Shown in pieces: positions 35,801 to 46,676 of a stretch of DNA of 64,000 nt. Source of the DNA: Phoronis australis (taxonomy: Eukaryota; Animalia; Phoronida); NCBI GenBank assembly GCA_002633005.1, contig NMRA01000327.1, positions 438,407 through 502,406 on the forward strand, read 5' to 3'. Each line of letters begins with the position of its first letter. Positions within the stretch are counted from its first letter, which is position 1. Under the pieces are notes generated by a model. The model worked only from the letters and a program-made list of their open reading frames with translations, made no database searches and was not told the origin of the DNA. The translations under genes and the position numbers were made by a program.

Positions 35801-38800
35801 TTCCACATGGCCAGCTCGTCTCAAGCTCAGTTGGACCAGCACTAGAGGTTAAGCCAAGGCCCGCAAGACAAGTCGTCATGGAAATTTATTTGTTAGAATA
35901 TCGAAGGTTTAAAGCATAAAATACAGAGGTCTGATTTTGTAAATATGATATGTACATATGATATTATCGCTTTTGTTGAATCATGGGGAATGAATGAAGA
36001 TGAGTTTACACTGGAAGGGTACCAGTGTTTTGGGTCGGTGAGAAATAAACACCCTCAAGCATTTCGGAATTCTGGCGGTGCAGTATTATTTTGTAAGGAT
36101 GTATTGGGGGCTATTAGGCTTCCTTCAAGTTCGTGTGACGTTTTATGGGTAAAAATTGACCTACCCGATTATCTGCATCCTGTTTTAGTATCAGTCTCCA
36201 AAAAGTTCAAGTAAAAATTTGGAAATAATGAAAATACTTGGGTGGGAGGTACAAGGTTATACCGCTGAAATGAGAGGGGATTGTCACCTTTTTAATTTTG
36301 GGCACTTTTAATGCTCGTGCGTGTAACAGGCCAGACTTTATTGCAGATGACAGTATTAAGTATATGGGTGAATCCAGAGTTATTTTTGATTGTGTTGGTT
36401 ATGTAGAAGATCGCCTGTGTTGTAGGACCTCAAAAGATAATAGTGAGGTAAATGAGTTTGGTACAGAATTATTAGATTTTTGTCAAAGAAATGAGATAAG
36501 AATTCTGAATGGAAGAGTAGGGAAAGATGCAGACATCGGTAGTGTAACATGTGTAACTTATAATGGATCTAGTATTGTTGATTATGTCATGATGAGCAAG
36601 GATTCATTGTACTGTGTGGACGGTTTTGAAATCGGTGAAATATGTGAATCGACTGCGCACTTTCCATTGATTTTTAGTATGTGTAAGATGCAGCAAAACA
36701 ACTGGGCTCGAGGTGAACAGAATGAAAATGTTTAAATGAAACGAGGGGTTGAGCCTAAGATATGCAGAAAACTGGTCGAGCCCGGAGGTGGATCAGTTGC
36801 TCGCTGACGTACAGAGTCATTTACCCTCGACCGTAGATTCAAGTGTAGAAAGTTTAATGGAAACCATTAAATTATGTGCTGCAGACATGTTAAAACCAAA
36901 AGTGAACATCTTATAACCCAGTTAGTTTTCCCAAATGGTTTGACGCGGATTGTAGGGAGATGAGAGCTGTCGTTAGGCAAAAATTAAGTAATTTTAGATT
37001 CAGTGTTGGAACACTGAGAGAAAACATTTGCCGAACTCTATATGTACAAGCTAGAAGGGATTATGGAAACTTAAAAAAAGTGAAACAGATAGAGTGTAAC
37101 AGAAAACATTACAAAATTTTGAAATCAGCTGTGGAGAGTAAAGACAGTAAAAAATTCTGGCGCGCTTTTAATATTAAGAAGAAAGGTGTATCGACGAATA
37201 TTAAACCGGAGGAATGGATAAATTATTTCAGCTCTCTGTTCGAAGGCCACTATTTTGTTACTAATCTGGAGTTCGCTGAGTTTCATGCTTTTATTGAGAA
37301 CTCAGTAAAAAATGACATCAATTCAAGTATTGCAGTTGTTGATATGGAGTTGGACGCTGAAATCACAAAAGATGAAATTATACAAACCATCGGTAGTATG
37401 AAAGACGGAACTTCGCCAGGATGTGATAAAATTAGTATTGAGTTCTAGAAGTATGCTGATAAAAAGTTGGTAGATTCGCTGTTCCAGCTATACAACTACT
37501 TTTTTAAAAATAGTGTTTCCAAGAGAATGGACAAAATCCATTATAGTACCGATATTTAAGGGCGGTACCATAATTCCTGAAAGTTTCAGGGGAATATCCC
37601 TCATGCAAGTCACAGCCAAAATATTCAAAAAAATATTGTGCCAGCGACTTCAAAAATCGTCAGAAAGAGAAAACGTAATTAGTATGTCTCAAGCTGCATT
37701 TAGGAAAGGGCACAGTACGGTGGATTACATGTTTGCTTTATATACGTTAATAATTAAATATTTGACACGAGAGAAAGGTAGATTCTATTGTGCTTTCGTG
37801 GATTTTAAGGCAGCCTATGACAGTATATATAGAAGCGCATTGTATTTTAAATTAAAGAACAATCACATAGAAGGTATGTATAAGATAATCAAAGCAATGT
37901 ACGCTGAAGTAAAAGCGTGCGTGAGACTGAGTAACGGAAGCTACACAGAGTTTTTTGATTGTCATAATGGTCTAAAACAAGGCTCTCAGCTATCACCGTT
38001 TTTTGTTTATTTTATTTATAAACGATTTCGAACAAGAATTAAAATCCGGTGGCGGTGAAAAAATTTCCATGGGATCAGCTGAATTATTGCATCTGCTGTT
38101 TGCTGATGATTTGGTTTTATTTTCTTATAGTGTGAAAGGACTGCAGAAAAAATTGAACATTTTATATAAGTATAGTGACAAATGGAAATTGATTGTTAAC
38201 ATGTCGGAGACTAAGATAATTGTTTTCAGAAAAGGTGGAATGTTACGATTGTATGAAAAATGGATGTATGATGGGATGGAATACTGTTAATATTGTAAAT
38301 GCATATAAATATCTAGGATTAATGTTTACTACGAAAGGTTCGTGGTCTTGCGTACAGAAAACTATCATTATTGGCTACTAAGGCAGTCAATTTAATGAGA
38401 ACAAATGTCAATGGTTTTAATGCACTCCCTGTTAAAGTTAGTTTAAAATTATTCGATTGTAAAATATTGCCGATACTTCATTATGGCTGTGAGATCTGGG
38501 GTTTTAGTGATTACGAATGTATTGAAATAGTCCACACAAAATTTTGTAAAGAAATTTTAAATTTGCCTAGCACGGCAATTTCATCGACTGCTAGAGGTGA
38601 GATGGGTCGTTACTCCTTGATTGCTTACCGACTTTCTAGAACTATGAAATATTGGTTAAAACTATTAAGAACCGATGAGTCAAAAATTACATATCATAGC
38701 TATGAATGGCAGTGCAATATGACGGAAAATGTTAATAAACCGTGCTAGGTTAATGATGTTAAGAAATTGCTATTTCAGTTTAGTTTTGGAGAAGCATGGT

Positions 38801-41800
38801 ATAATCAGGGTGTAGGTTCCGAGACAAGCTTCATATCACTTTTTAAACAAAGATGCAGATATTGATCAGCAAAAATGGCAAGATATTTTGAACAATTCGA
38901 TTAAGCTGGAAACTTACAGAACTTCTAAGTTAAATATATGTTTTGAAAACTATTTAGATGTAATTGACAATGTAAATGTTAGATCTGATATCGTAAGATT
39001 GAGATGTTCAGCGCATGCACTAATGATTGAAAAGGGTAGACACTTGAGACTTAGCAGAACAGAAAGGTTATGCCCTCTCTGTGTTAGGACATATGTCAAG
39101 TCAGAGTATCATTTTGTTATCGAATGCTCATTCTACGATGACCTTAGGAAACGATATTTGCCTGCATGGAGCTACAACAATACCAATGTTACAAAATTCA
39201 ACAGACTCATGACTATGGAGGAAAAAATCTTACATGGTCAACATGTAAATATGTTCATTTCGCATTCAAGCGAAGAAGAATTCGGTTTACTTCTAGTGTT
39301 TGACACTTACATTTATTGTGTTTGATGATTTGATTGTAAGAAGGGCCGGAGGCCTAGTTATTGAATAAATATACATAATAAAGAACAATAGATGGCGCAA
39401 CATAAGTATTTGGCCTGGAATTCCAGTCTACAGTAGGACAGTACTGGCTAGGTCAGTCGGGGTCAACTAGGCATAACCAAAACAAAGTGAACTGAAAGCC
39501 AAGGAGCTGCGTGCTTGCATAGGTGACCGAAGGAACAACGGTATCCGAAAATCTCAAATAATTCAAAAAGTAGACGTTGTAATGCAAAATGGAAAATATT
39601 TTCTGAAAGCCCGTTCAAAACTCTATCTAAAGTCTCTGTGATAGTTTGGCAAAAATCCAAAAAAATTTTGAAAAAATTGAAAAAAGTTGCCGTTTATGTT
39701 TTGAAATTCAAAGTCAAATAACTCGAAAACGGTAAGTCTGAGAAATACGCTCTCGCAGACTTTTTGAAAGGCCATAATTAAAGGAATCCACATGCAAAAA
39801 TTCACGTCATTTGCTCTTCCCGTTAACAACACGACAGCAGAACGATTGAAACCGTGTGAACATGCGCCACAGCTGCCATCTTGAAAGTGACTTCCGGTTC
39901 AATAAACTTTTATAAAAGCTTATTAAACTCAACAAACACGTGACCAGTTTGAAAGTGATTGGTTTGCAAATGCGTCCTCTACAGGAGAAAACGTTTTTGG
40001 GCATATTTCGGGGTGCACATGCGCCACTTCCAATATTTCTGGCATCTTTGACCGGAAGTCAACGTTTTTCAGCACACTTGTAGCACATGTGTGCTATAAT
40101 AATCGTACCAAGTTTCAGCTCTGTACGTCAAAAAATGCGGCCTCTATGAGCATTTGAATGTGAAATCAGAAGCAAAATGGCCGCCACATCCGCCATTTTG
40201 AATGCGATCATGACCAAAAACAATAGGCTTCCAGGACTTTCTGATCTACACGTCGTGTGCAAATTTTGTGAGAATCGGACAGAAATTGCGACCGGTAGAG
40301 TGCGAACAAAAAAAAATTGACAACAGCAACATGCAATAAACACGGCAGATGCACAGTTACAAAGTACATTTCTGAATACAATGATCTCTGGCTTATAGCT
40401 TAGAACCCTGCTATTAATCCAGCACTGCGCAAGATACCTGTTGACCAAGGTAGTTGTGTCACCTCCCACTCTTGTGATGCCTCTTCTTATCTCTTGCACA
40501 CTCCTACTTATTGCGTGATTTGACCTTCAGTGCAAACTAATGTGAAAGCACTTTATTGTACTCGGGAACAATGTGAGACCAATTTCATACTGGTAAATGG
40601 TCAAAGTCAAAAGTTGTTTTTGTGATGGATGGTGGGTTTGTTATTACCGCTTTAACTTTCATACCAAAAGAAGCAAAGATTGCCGCTGGCCTTATACCCA
40701 CGACTAGATGACAATTACGTTGAATTCCCTCAAATCCCCTGGGAGACCTGAAATAGGACTCTTATTTTTTGATAAATTTTCTCATTATAAAATATAGCAT
40801 GTTATGTATTTGTCACAGTTGGTGTCATATTACTTAATAAATATTCACTTCAAACATTGCAAGTTGTTGAGATATGCTACTAATTCCAACAATGATACCA
40901 CTGATTTTGTGCCTGCCCTTCAAATTTTTTGGTCTGTCCTTCCCATCTTCTGTCTGGGGTTCCCGTTGCATGTTTTGTTCAAATATTTGCCTTGCTTCTT
41001 AAATTAGATTCTGTTTGTGCAAAACTGTTTTCAGTCGAGGGAACACTCCTTTGGATGAGGCTGTATTCCACTGTCATGATCAAGTGATTGGTTTGTTACG
41101 TCAGGCTGGGGCACACCTTCTACTGCCCCCTGTCAAACTGGGCCTAGAACTTTGTTAGTAAGTATATGTTGTCACTCGCTTTAAGAACTGCAGCTGTTCG
41201 TAGTGAAAGCGATATGTTTTGTAAGTTACTCCATTTTCAAGTGGGGCTGTGGTTAGTTTGAGAGTGAATTTTAAGTAATTCCAGGTCTCGACCATTAACA
41301 TAACATCAACTCACCAAATGTGACCTGGCAAAATTCCCAGACCACCAAACGGCAAATGACATCGCCAAAGTAAGGAAACCATGGAAAAGCAGGATGTCTA
41401 AACCAAACAAAAATTATGAGTTTACCGCATGCTCCTTCATGAATAATTTCCCCCTTGAGCCCAATACGCTGGGCACCTCCTACCTAAGGGAAACACAGAT
41501 GATCAGGTTGCCTTTCCTCTCTGTATACTGCCTGAAGTTTTTTAGCACATGCTCGGTTATGTTCATGGCGACTTGTAGCGACTTGGTATTTTTATGCGCC
41601 CACATATTTATATGTGGACGCATTATGCCGCCATCTCCGTCCGTCCGTCTGTCCGGGCGGCGTCCGGCGTCCGCTGCTCTATCTCCAAAACCCTTTGACA
41701 TACGTTCATGAAATTTGGCACATATGTTCCATTCATGAATGGGACGGCGTGTGCGAACTTTCGAACGGATCCGACTACCGGTGTGCCCCCTAGTGGCAAT

Positions 41801-44800
41801 TTTAGTTTCTTATGCTTACCTTTGTATCTTCAAAAGTCCTGAACGGATTTTCATGAAATTTGGTATGTAGGCACATATTCGTGGGATGACGCTATCCTCC
41901 CGTTTTCAGATGGATTCGACATAGTTTGCGCCATCTAGTGGCCATTTTTAATGTTTTCGAGTCTGTTTTTGTGCGTCCACCCCTCTATCAACCAAACCGC
42001 TCAAAGGATGATTGTGAAAATTGGCATGTATATGCTTACTATGTAGAGGACGGTTGACGATGATTTTCTGACGATTTCGACTACTGTGGCGCCTCCTAAT
42101 GGCAGTTTTTTTTTCCGCCTATGGCTGTATCTCCTAAACCGNNNNNNNNNNNNNNNNNNNNNNNNNNNNNNNNNNNNNNNNNNNNNNNNNNNNNNNNNNN
42201 NNNNNNNNNNNNNNNNNNNNNNNNNNNNNNNNNNNNNNNNNNNNNNNNNNNNNNNNNNNNNNNNNNNNNNNNNNNNNNNNNNNNNNNNNNNNNNNNNNNN
42301 NNNNNNNNNNNNNNNATGTTAACAACAGACGATGACGACTTTTGGACGGATCCGCCTACCAGTGTGCTCCCTAGTGGCAATTTTATTTTTTTTACGTTTA
42401 CCTCTGTATCTTCACAAGTCCTTAACAGATTTTCATGAAATTTGGTATGTAGGCACCTATTAGTGCGATGATGCTATCCTCCTGTTTTCGGATGGATTCG
42501 ACCTAGTTTGCGACACCCAGTGGCCATTTTTACTGTTTTTGAGTCTGTTTTTTGGCGTCCACCCCTCTATCAACCAAACCGCTTTAAGCATGATTGTGAA
42601 AATTGGCATGTATGTTCTTACTATGAAGACGACGGTTGACGCTGAATTTCCCATGACTTTGATTACTGTGGCGCCTCCTAGTGGCAGTTTTTTTTTGCGC
42701 CCATGGCTGTATCTCCCAAACCGTTTGCAGGATCTTTACTAAATTTAGCAAGTGTTTTTTATGTGATGTTGACAACGGACGATAACGACTTTAGGATGAT
42801 TCTGACTACCGGTATGCCTCTAGTGGCAATTTAAGTATTTTACATCGACCTCTGTATTTTCATAGTCTTCAGGCGTATACTTTGTGTTACTTCGTGACTA
42901 TGAAGGAAAAGTTCCAAGTAGAAATTTGTTTCTGGCATTCTAATGCTGTGCTAATCTCGTATGTTGGTAAATTTGTTTTTAATTCTATGTTTCTGTGGTG
43001 CTTTAAGCAACTGATGTATAGGGCGTGCTTGTATTATGAAGATCACACACATTTTGCCCCTAGCCTGTTGAGGAGACAATGACCATGCCTTTCCATTTTG
43101 CAAAGTACAACATACTACATATATGCCCTCTACTGGCCACTTTATGGTACCAATAAACAACCCTAGAAGGATACCGTATACGGTGCAGTTTTGGGCGCAT
43201 TTCAACGCTCTGCGTTGCTCTTGTTTTACTAATTCGCCAAACAAAATCTGAGGTCGAACTGGTTGCATTCAATTACTACCTTAGCTACGACATGGTTTAG
43301 TGGCTAGTTTCATTTGAAATGCCCTGAACTAATGATCTAAAGATAGCATAGTCTTTATCTCATATTGCATCAGCTTGAAGAACTGTTGACATTCAAGTAA
43401 GTATTCGGAATTCCTAGGTGCTCGAAATATATCTGAGGAGGAAAGGCGGCTGTTTTGTTGCCATTTGCAAAATAGTCCAGGTGAAATTTCATGCAGATTT
43501 ACACTCAAGGTGTGGTTAGATGATTTAGTGATTCCAATATGCTGAGCAGAAACAAGATTTTAATGAATGCAATCAGTCATAAATTTGTGATAAACACGAC
43601 ATTCTTCTTTTAATTTACATGTTTTAGCAGTACATTTCGCAAAACCAGTCTGACTGAATTACTTAATATTTATGTATCTCTGCATGTTCCACTAACCCTC
43701 AGTTTGTTTCACCAGGTGTGTGTTTCGTAGACCAAGTTTCTATCGAGAAAAGCAAGATCATGCAATATCACACAAAATCACATGAATGGGAGAGACGTGT
43801 TTTGCAAGTGCTTGAGACATTACCAGCTTAGTAATTTAGCAATAAATGTCAGCCACTAGTGATTGGTCAGGAGGTTGTAGTGTTGAATCATGGGGTAGAT
43901 TCTATGAATGATACAATAGAATTCTACGTTTTTGTTCCATAAACGAAGATTTTTGGCTGGAAGTGCCTGCTAATGTCTTGGGTCGGCGGAACGGAGCCCA
44001 ACTCTACTGATGTGAGTCCCCCTAATTAATGCCCTGTATCCCCCCTGTAGTGCAGCAGCCTGTAGTAACATCCAGAAGTTGAACGCGTGGATCTTGGCGG
44101 GTGTTGATATCAACCTACCTGATTACACTGGACAGACTGCCCTACATGTTGTAAGTTTCATCACGTGTCAAATAACGATTTCATGGGTAATAGCTTCTTA
44201 TAAGAAATGACCCTCTTAGTTAAGTGTTGTGTTATTGGTTAAATCCTATGTTTGAAGATCATAGATTGCGTGTTTTTGTAGTAAAGTGTAAAGTGTAGCA
44301 AGTGTTACACTTTAACCTTGTTGTTATATGGATAGAAGTGGGATAAGGTTTGATGACACAAGCAAGGCCAGTCAGTCAGTAATATTATGAAATGCATGTA
44401 TACCAGACTAAGTTGGGATTCTTGCTTATTGTCAGTTGTTTTGTCTGCCAATAACGTTTTGTCGCATGGACAGAATAAAACTGAACCCTAAATTATTGTT
44501 CTGGAGCCTTGCTGACGGCTTGAGTCTACAGACTCGTAATGCCACAATTAGGATTATTGTATCCTGAAATGTAATGCCACAACTAGGATTATTGTATCCT
44601 GAAATGTAATGCTACAACTAGTACCAACCCTTTTTGTGCCACCACATATTCATAGTTATGTGAGTGCATATTGCCGTCATCTCTGTCTGGGCGTCCGGCG
44701 TCCACAGCTGTATCTCCTAAACCCCTTACAGGATCTTGATGAGATTTGGCAGATGTATTCCTATGAAGCTGACGACGGATGAAGACAAATTTCTGATCAA

Positions 44801-45916
44801 TCCGACAACTGGTGTGCCCCCTAGTGGCAGTTTTAGTTTTTACTTTTACCTCTGTATTGTTAAAGGTGCTCAATGGATTTTCATAAAATTTTTAACATAG
44901 ACATGCAGTTATTGAGATGATGCTATCTTCCCGTTTCTGGGTGGATTTGAGGTGTTTTGCATCACCTAGTGGCTATTGTTTTTACTGTTTTCGGGACTGT
45001 TTTTTAACATCTGCCGGTCTATCAACCAAACCACTCTAAGGATGATAATCATTGTGAAAAGTGAAACAATATGTTCTTAGAGTGAAGAGGACAGTTGACA
45101 GAGATTTTCGGATGACTTTGACTACTGTGGCACCTCCTAGTGGCAGTTTTTTTTTGCGCCCATAGCTGTATGTGCTAAACCCACTGCAGGATCTTTATTA
45201 AATTTAGCAAGTGTATTTGTATGAAGTTTACAACAGACGATGACGACTTTCAGACGTATCCAACTAATGCTGTGCCCCCTAGGGGCAATTTCATTTTTTC
45301 CATTTCCTCTGTTTCTCTGAAGTTCCTTGATGCATTTTTTTGAAATTTTGGTACCAAATAACTTTAAATTAAGAAGCGATGATATGTTCTCGTTTCGGAT
45401 GGATTCGACATATTTTGCCCCATCTAGTGGCTACTAGAAGCACACCATTTGTGGTGCATTCGTGGGCGCATTTCAACACTCCGCGTTGCTCTTGTTTATG
45501 TATTTAAGCATGGTTTGTTATAAAACAACCTCTAGGTAAGAAACAATATTTACAGAAAGGTAATCAGCCTTCAAAAATATGAAAATGACAAATCTTGGCA
45601 CTAGCTGATTAGAATTATTGTACACACACTTATAAATGACATTCACCCTGAGGAAGTGTTTTTCAAGTCCTTTTGTGTTGCTTTGCAGGCCATTCAGCAT
45701 CAGTTCACCACGGTGGTCCACTTCCTGCTGAGTCATGGTGCCAATCCCCTCATTCAGGACCAGTTGGGCAACTCGCCCATCTCACTGGCTCATGACCAGA
45801 ACAACCAACTGATGCTACAGATACTGAAGGAGTCCTGCCAGTCATCAAAGACTCTTCCTACCTCATCTAAGAATGTAAGCGGGCCTGGCTCTAAGGTCTC
45901 CCCTTCACTGGAATGA
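14611..45916 (+). CDS. ASPG: Asparaginase / 60-kDa lysophospholipase (type I asparaginase domain plus C-terminal ankyrin repeats); 13 visible exons, 647 aa as joined
   Basis: Catalytic motifs [10 protein letters not shown] and LHGTDTM, plus [42 protein letters not shown], ankyrin repeats ([29 protein letters not shown]); all exon phases are compatible. Confidence 0.95.
18439..18574 (+). CDS. ASPG: ASPG exon 2
   Basis: ttttag|TG TAT ATT CCT...TTA CC|gtaagt ([21 protein letters not shown]...LYLP). Confidence 0.88.
21467..21704 (+). CDS. ASPG: ASPG exon 3
   Basis: tttcag|T CTG...TCT CAG|gtaaag; contains DSSNM and HGTDT. Confidence 0.93.
21953..22054 (+). repeat. Minisatellite, ~3 x 33 bp
   Basis: aactcatctat...ctctcaagaggtat repeated three times. 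Confidence 0.75.
22326..22409 (+). CDS. ASPG: ASPG exon 4
   Basis: ccag|[28 protein letters not shown]|gtaaac. Confidence 0.92.
22835..22961 (+). CDS. ASPG: ASPG exon 5
   Basis: ttag|[18 protein letters not shown]...FASPNFEPL...|gtgagt. Confidence 0.92.
23510..24604 (+). mobile_element. Helentron-associated non-autonomous element (HINE/DINE-1-like), copy 1
   Basis: T-run, 5' subTIR ATGCGCCCACA with adjacent IR, (GTCC)n microsatellite, ~145-160-bp internal tandem repeats, 3' subTIR TGTGGGCGCAT, hairpin CAACGC-TCT-GCGTTG, T-run; no TSD. Confidence 0.85.
24609..24721 (+). CDS. ASPG: ASPG exon 6
   Basis: tttgcag|VNWSAIYR...[14 protein letters not shown]|gtacac. Confidence 0.9.
24845..24903 (+). 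repeat. (ATT)n microsatellite
   Basis: Imperfect attattatt run. Confidence 0.8.
25412..25597 (+). CDS. ASPG: ASPG exon 7
   Basis: ttcag|[23 protein letters not shown]...YGTGK|gtacaa. Confidence 0.92.
26188..26252 (-). mobile_element. tRNA-derived SINE head fragment
   Basis: Minus strand AGCTCAGTGAT (A-box-like) ... GGTTCCATTCCC (B-box-like); no cloverleaf. Confidence 0.4.
27006..27119 (+). CDS. ASPG: ASPG exon 8
   Basis: ttacag|[28 protein letters not shown]...KKRA|gtacgt. Confidence 0.9.
28090..28794 (+). mobile_element. Old, diverged HINE-family tandem-repeat fragment (target of copy 2)
   Basis: Degenerate copies of the gtgccccct.gtgg, gctgtatctcc and ttttcatgaaatttggc motifs. Confidence 0.55.
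28795..29674 (+). mobile_element. HINE copy 2 (3' end lost in the gap)
   Basis: Same 5' subTIR/IR, GTCC microsatellite and repeats as copy 1. Confidence 0.85.
31053..31148 (+). CDS. ASPG: ASPG exon (start of ankyrin region)
   Basis: ttacag|[32 protein letters not shown]|gtgagt. Confidence 0.87.
33130..33990. mobile_element. Degenerate internal fragment of the CAGGCCC hAT-like family
   Basis: Aligns by eye with 58560-59660 (e.g. ggtaacaaggg..tagaagtaaatgt, gtgaatgccttaaa, gtgattcttgaatct). Confidence 0.6.
34072..34196 (+). CDS. ASPG: ASPG ankyrin exon
   Basis: cttcag|[18 protein letters not shown]...NGALLHVRD|gtgagt. Confidence 0.9.
35039..35845 (+). CDS. LINE ORF1 protein (coiled coil + RRM; L1/Transposase_22-like), open frame
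   Basis: [40 protein letters not shown] motifs. Confidence 0.75.
   Translation: MPGSRKTTTPSASDRSVTGSISSYMPRSETSPKTTDISNRQLLEIINDKFEKLSNDFESLRCEYATSREENSILHDQVKSLEEKLDDLENRSRRDNLIFRGMVENGNETWEESEKQLEEFLSEQLNIVDINIERAHRLGRRTQGKVRPIIAKLNSKDKQKILKKRREVREPNIFITEDFSIRVKKARRKLYEFSQSNSMENAKISFNKLIYNHGRVYVYDKENDMVKIKPRTTNADPRHPSTRTEATVQHDDQVFHMASSSQAQLDQH
35880..39325 (+). pseudogene. LINE ORF2 (endonuclease-reverse transcriptase), multiple stops and frameshifts
   Basis: Colinear ORF fragments 35945, 36298, 36960, 37513, 38003, 38371, 38888. Confidence 0.85.
39378..40320. mobile_element. Second non-autonomous repeat family with internal tandem-like units (Helitron/HINE-like), partial
   Basis: Begins aagaacaatagatggcgcaac; recurring ccaagtttc, catgcgccac and gccat(c/t)ttg motifs; family assignment inferred. 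Confidence 0.4.
41035..41157 (+). CDS. ASPG: ASPG ankyrin exon
   Basis: tttcag|RGNTPLDEA...LRQAGAHL...LGLELC|gtaagt. Confidence 0.9.
41589..43227 (+). mobile_element. HINE copy 3 (longest; internal gap)
   Basis: Both termini present; 3' ~450 bp nearly identical to copy 1. Confidence 0.85.
44051..44150 (+). CDS. ASPG: ASPG ankyrin exon
   Basis: ctgtag|[33 protein letters not shown]|gtaagt. Confidence 0.9.
44537..44620 (+). repeat. 35-bp tandem repeat (~2.5 copies)
   Basis: taatgccacaa(t/c)taggattattgtatcctgaaatg repeated. Confidence 0.7.
44631..45497 (+). mobile_element. HINE copy 4 (diverged subfamily)
   Basis: Degenerate 5' subTIR, same repeats, 3' GTGGGCGCATTTCAACACTCCGCGTTGCTCTTGTTT. 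Confidence 0.8.
45689..45916 (+). CDS. ASPG: ASPG terminal coding exon
   Basis: tttgcag|[31 protein letters not shown]...SLE TGA; an internal gtaagc donor near 45874 is possible. Confidence 0.82.
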   Translation, partial: AIQHQFTTVVHFLLSHGANPLIQDQLGNSPISLAHDQNNQLMLQILKESCQSSKTLPTSSKNVSGPGSKVSPSLE

Positions 45917-46670
45917 GGGTGGAGTTTGTGCTAGTTGTTTTTGACACTCTAACTCTCATTAGATAGATATTGCTAATCAAATTTATTTAAAACTACACTC
46001 TGATCATGACAAGTGAAATGAAGAAATTTGTCCCAGATCTATAACTGGGACTCTCAACTAGGTTATGTAGGCGTGGCTTGTATTTTATTCTTGGATTTGA
46101 TTTCAATTAAATGACATTCTTGCAGTCAAAACATTGTCTTGGTGATGGACTGTACTAGCGAACTCTGTCTGCCACCTGTGGGCAGAGCTTCTAGTAACCG
46201 TGGGAAGTGAAATGCATGATGATGTACTTGCAAAGTAACATCAGTAAAGTTACCTCAGAAATTTAGTTCAATCAAAATTGTCCATTTAGAAAAACAGTAA
46301 TCTGTATTGATTTCTATGGCTTTTATTATCTGCCCTCATTTTGTTGTAGATACAAAAGTTGACTTTGCAAAGACTTGTGTCTATTTACAGGACTCCACGC
46401 TGGTGTAAGAGTGGAGAGCACTGGTCCCCGTTTTTAGAATGCTGGCATGACTTGTACTGTCTGTTTACAAGACTCATCACACATCCAGCTATGTAGGCAG
46501 GACTTACATTTGTTACTGATTGGGGACTCTGCCCACAGCAGATGTGGTTGGGGTTTGCTTGATGATTTCTGGACTCTCTTGGAGCATTTGAAGCATGTGT
46601 AGGAAGTTTGTAGAAATAGAAAAGTTTTGCTATGGTATTTTACAAACTAAGCCAGTTCACTGTTTGCTGT

Positions 46671-46676
46671 AATAAA
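46671..46676 (+). terminator. Candidate ASPG polyadenylation signal
   Basis: AATAAA ~750 nt after the stop codon. Confidence 0.4.

Larger units (their letters stand above)
34810..39372 (+). mobile_element. Near full-length decayed non-LTR retrotransposon (RTEX/CR1-L2 group) in an ASPG intron
   Basis: ORF1 (35039-35845) followed by broken ORF2 with APE (GTFNAR, SIVDY), RT ([26 protein letters not shown]), [11 protein letters not shown] and C-terminal RLCPLC..EYHF..C; 3' GGCCggaGGCC stem and AATAAA (39364). Confidence 0.9.

Noticed and set aside
35039-35845. Domesticated LINE ORF1 (L1TD1-like)
   Set aside because: An open 0.8-kb frame is not surprising given the disruption density in the adjacent ORF2, and it remains embedded in a complete element.
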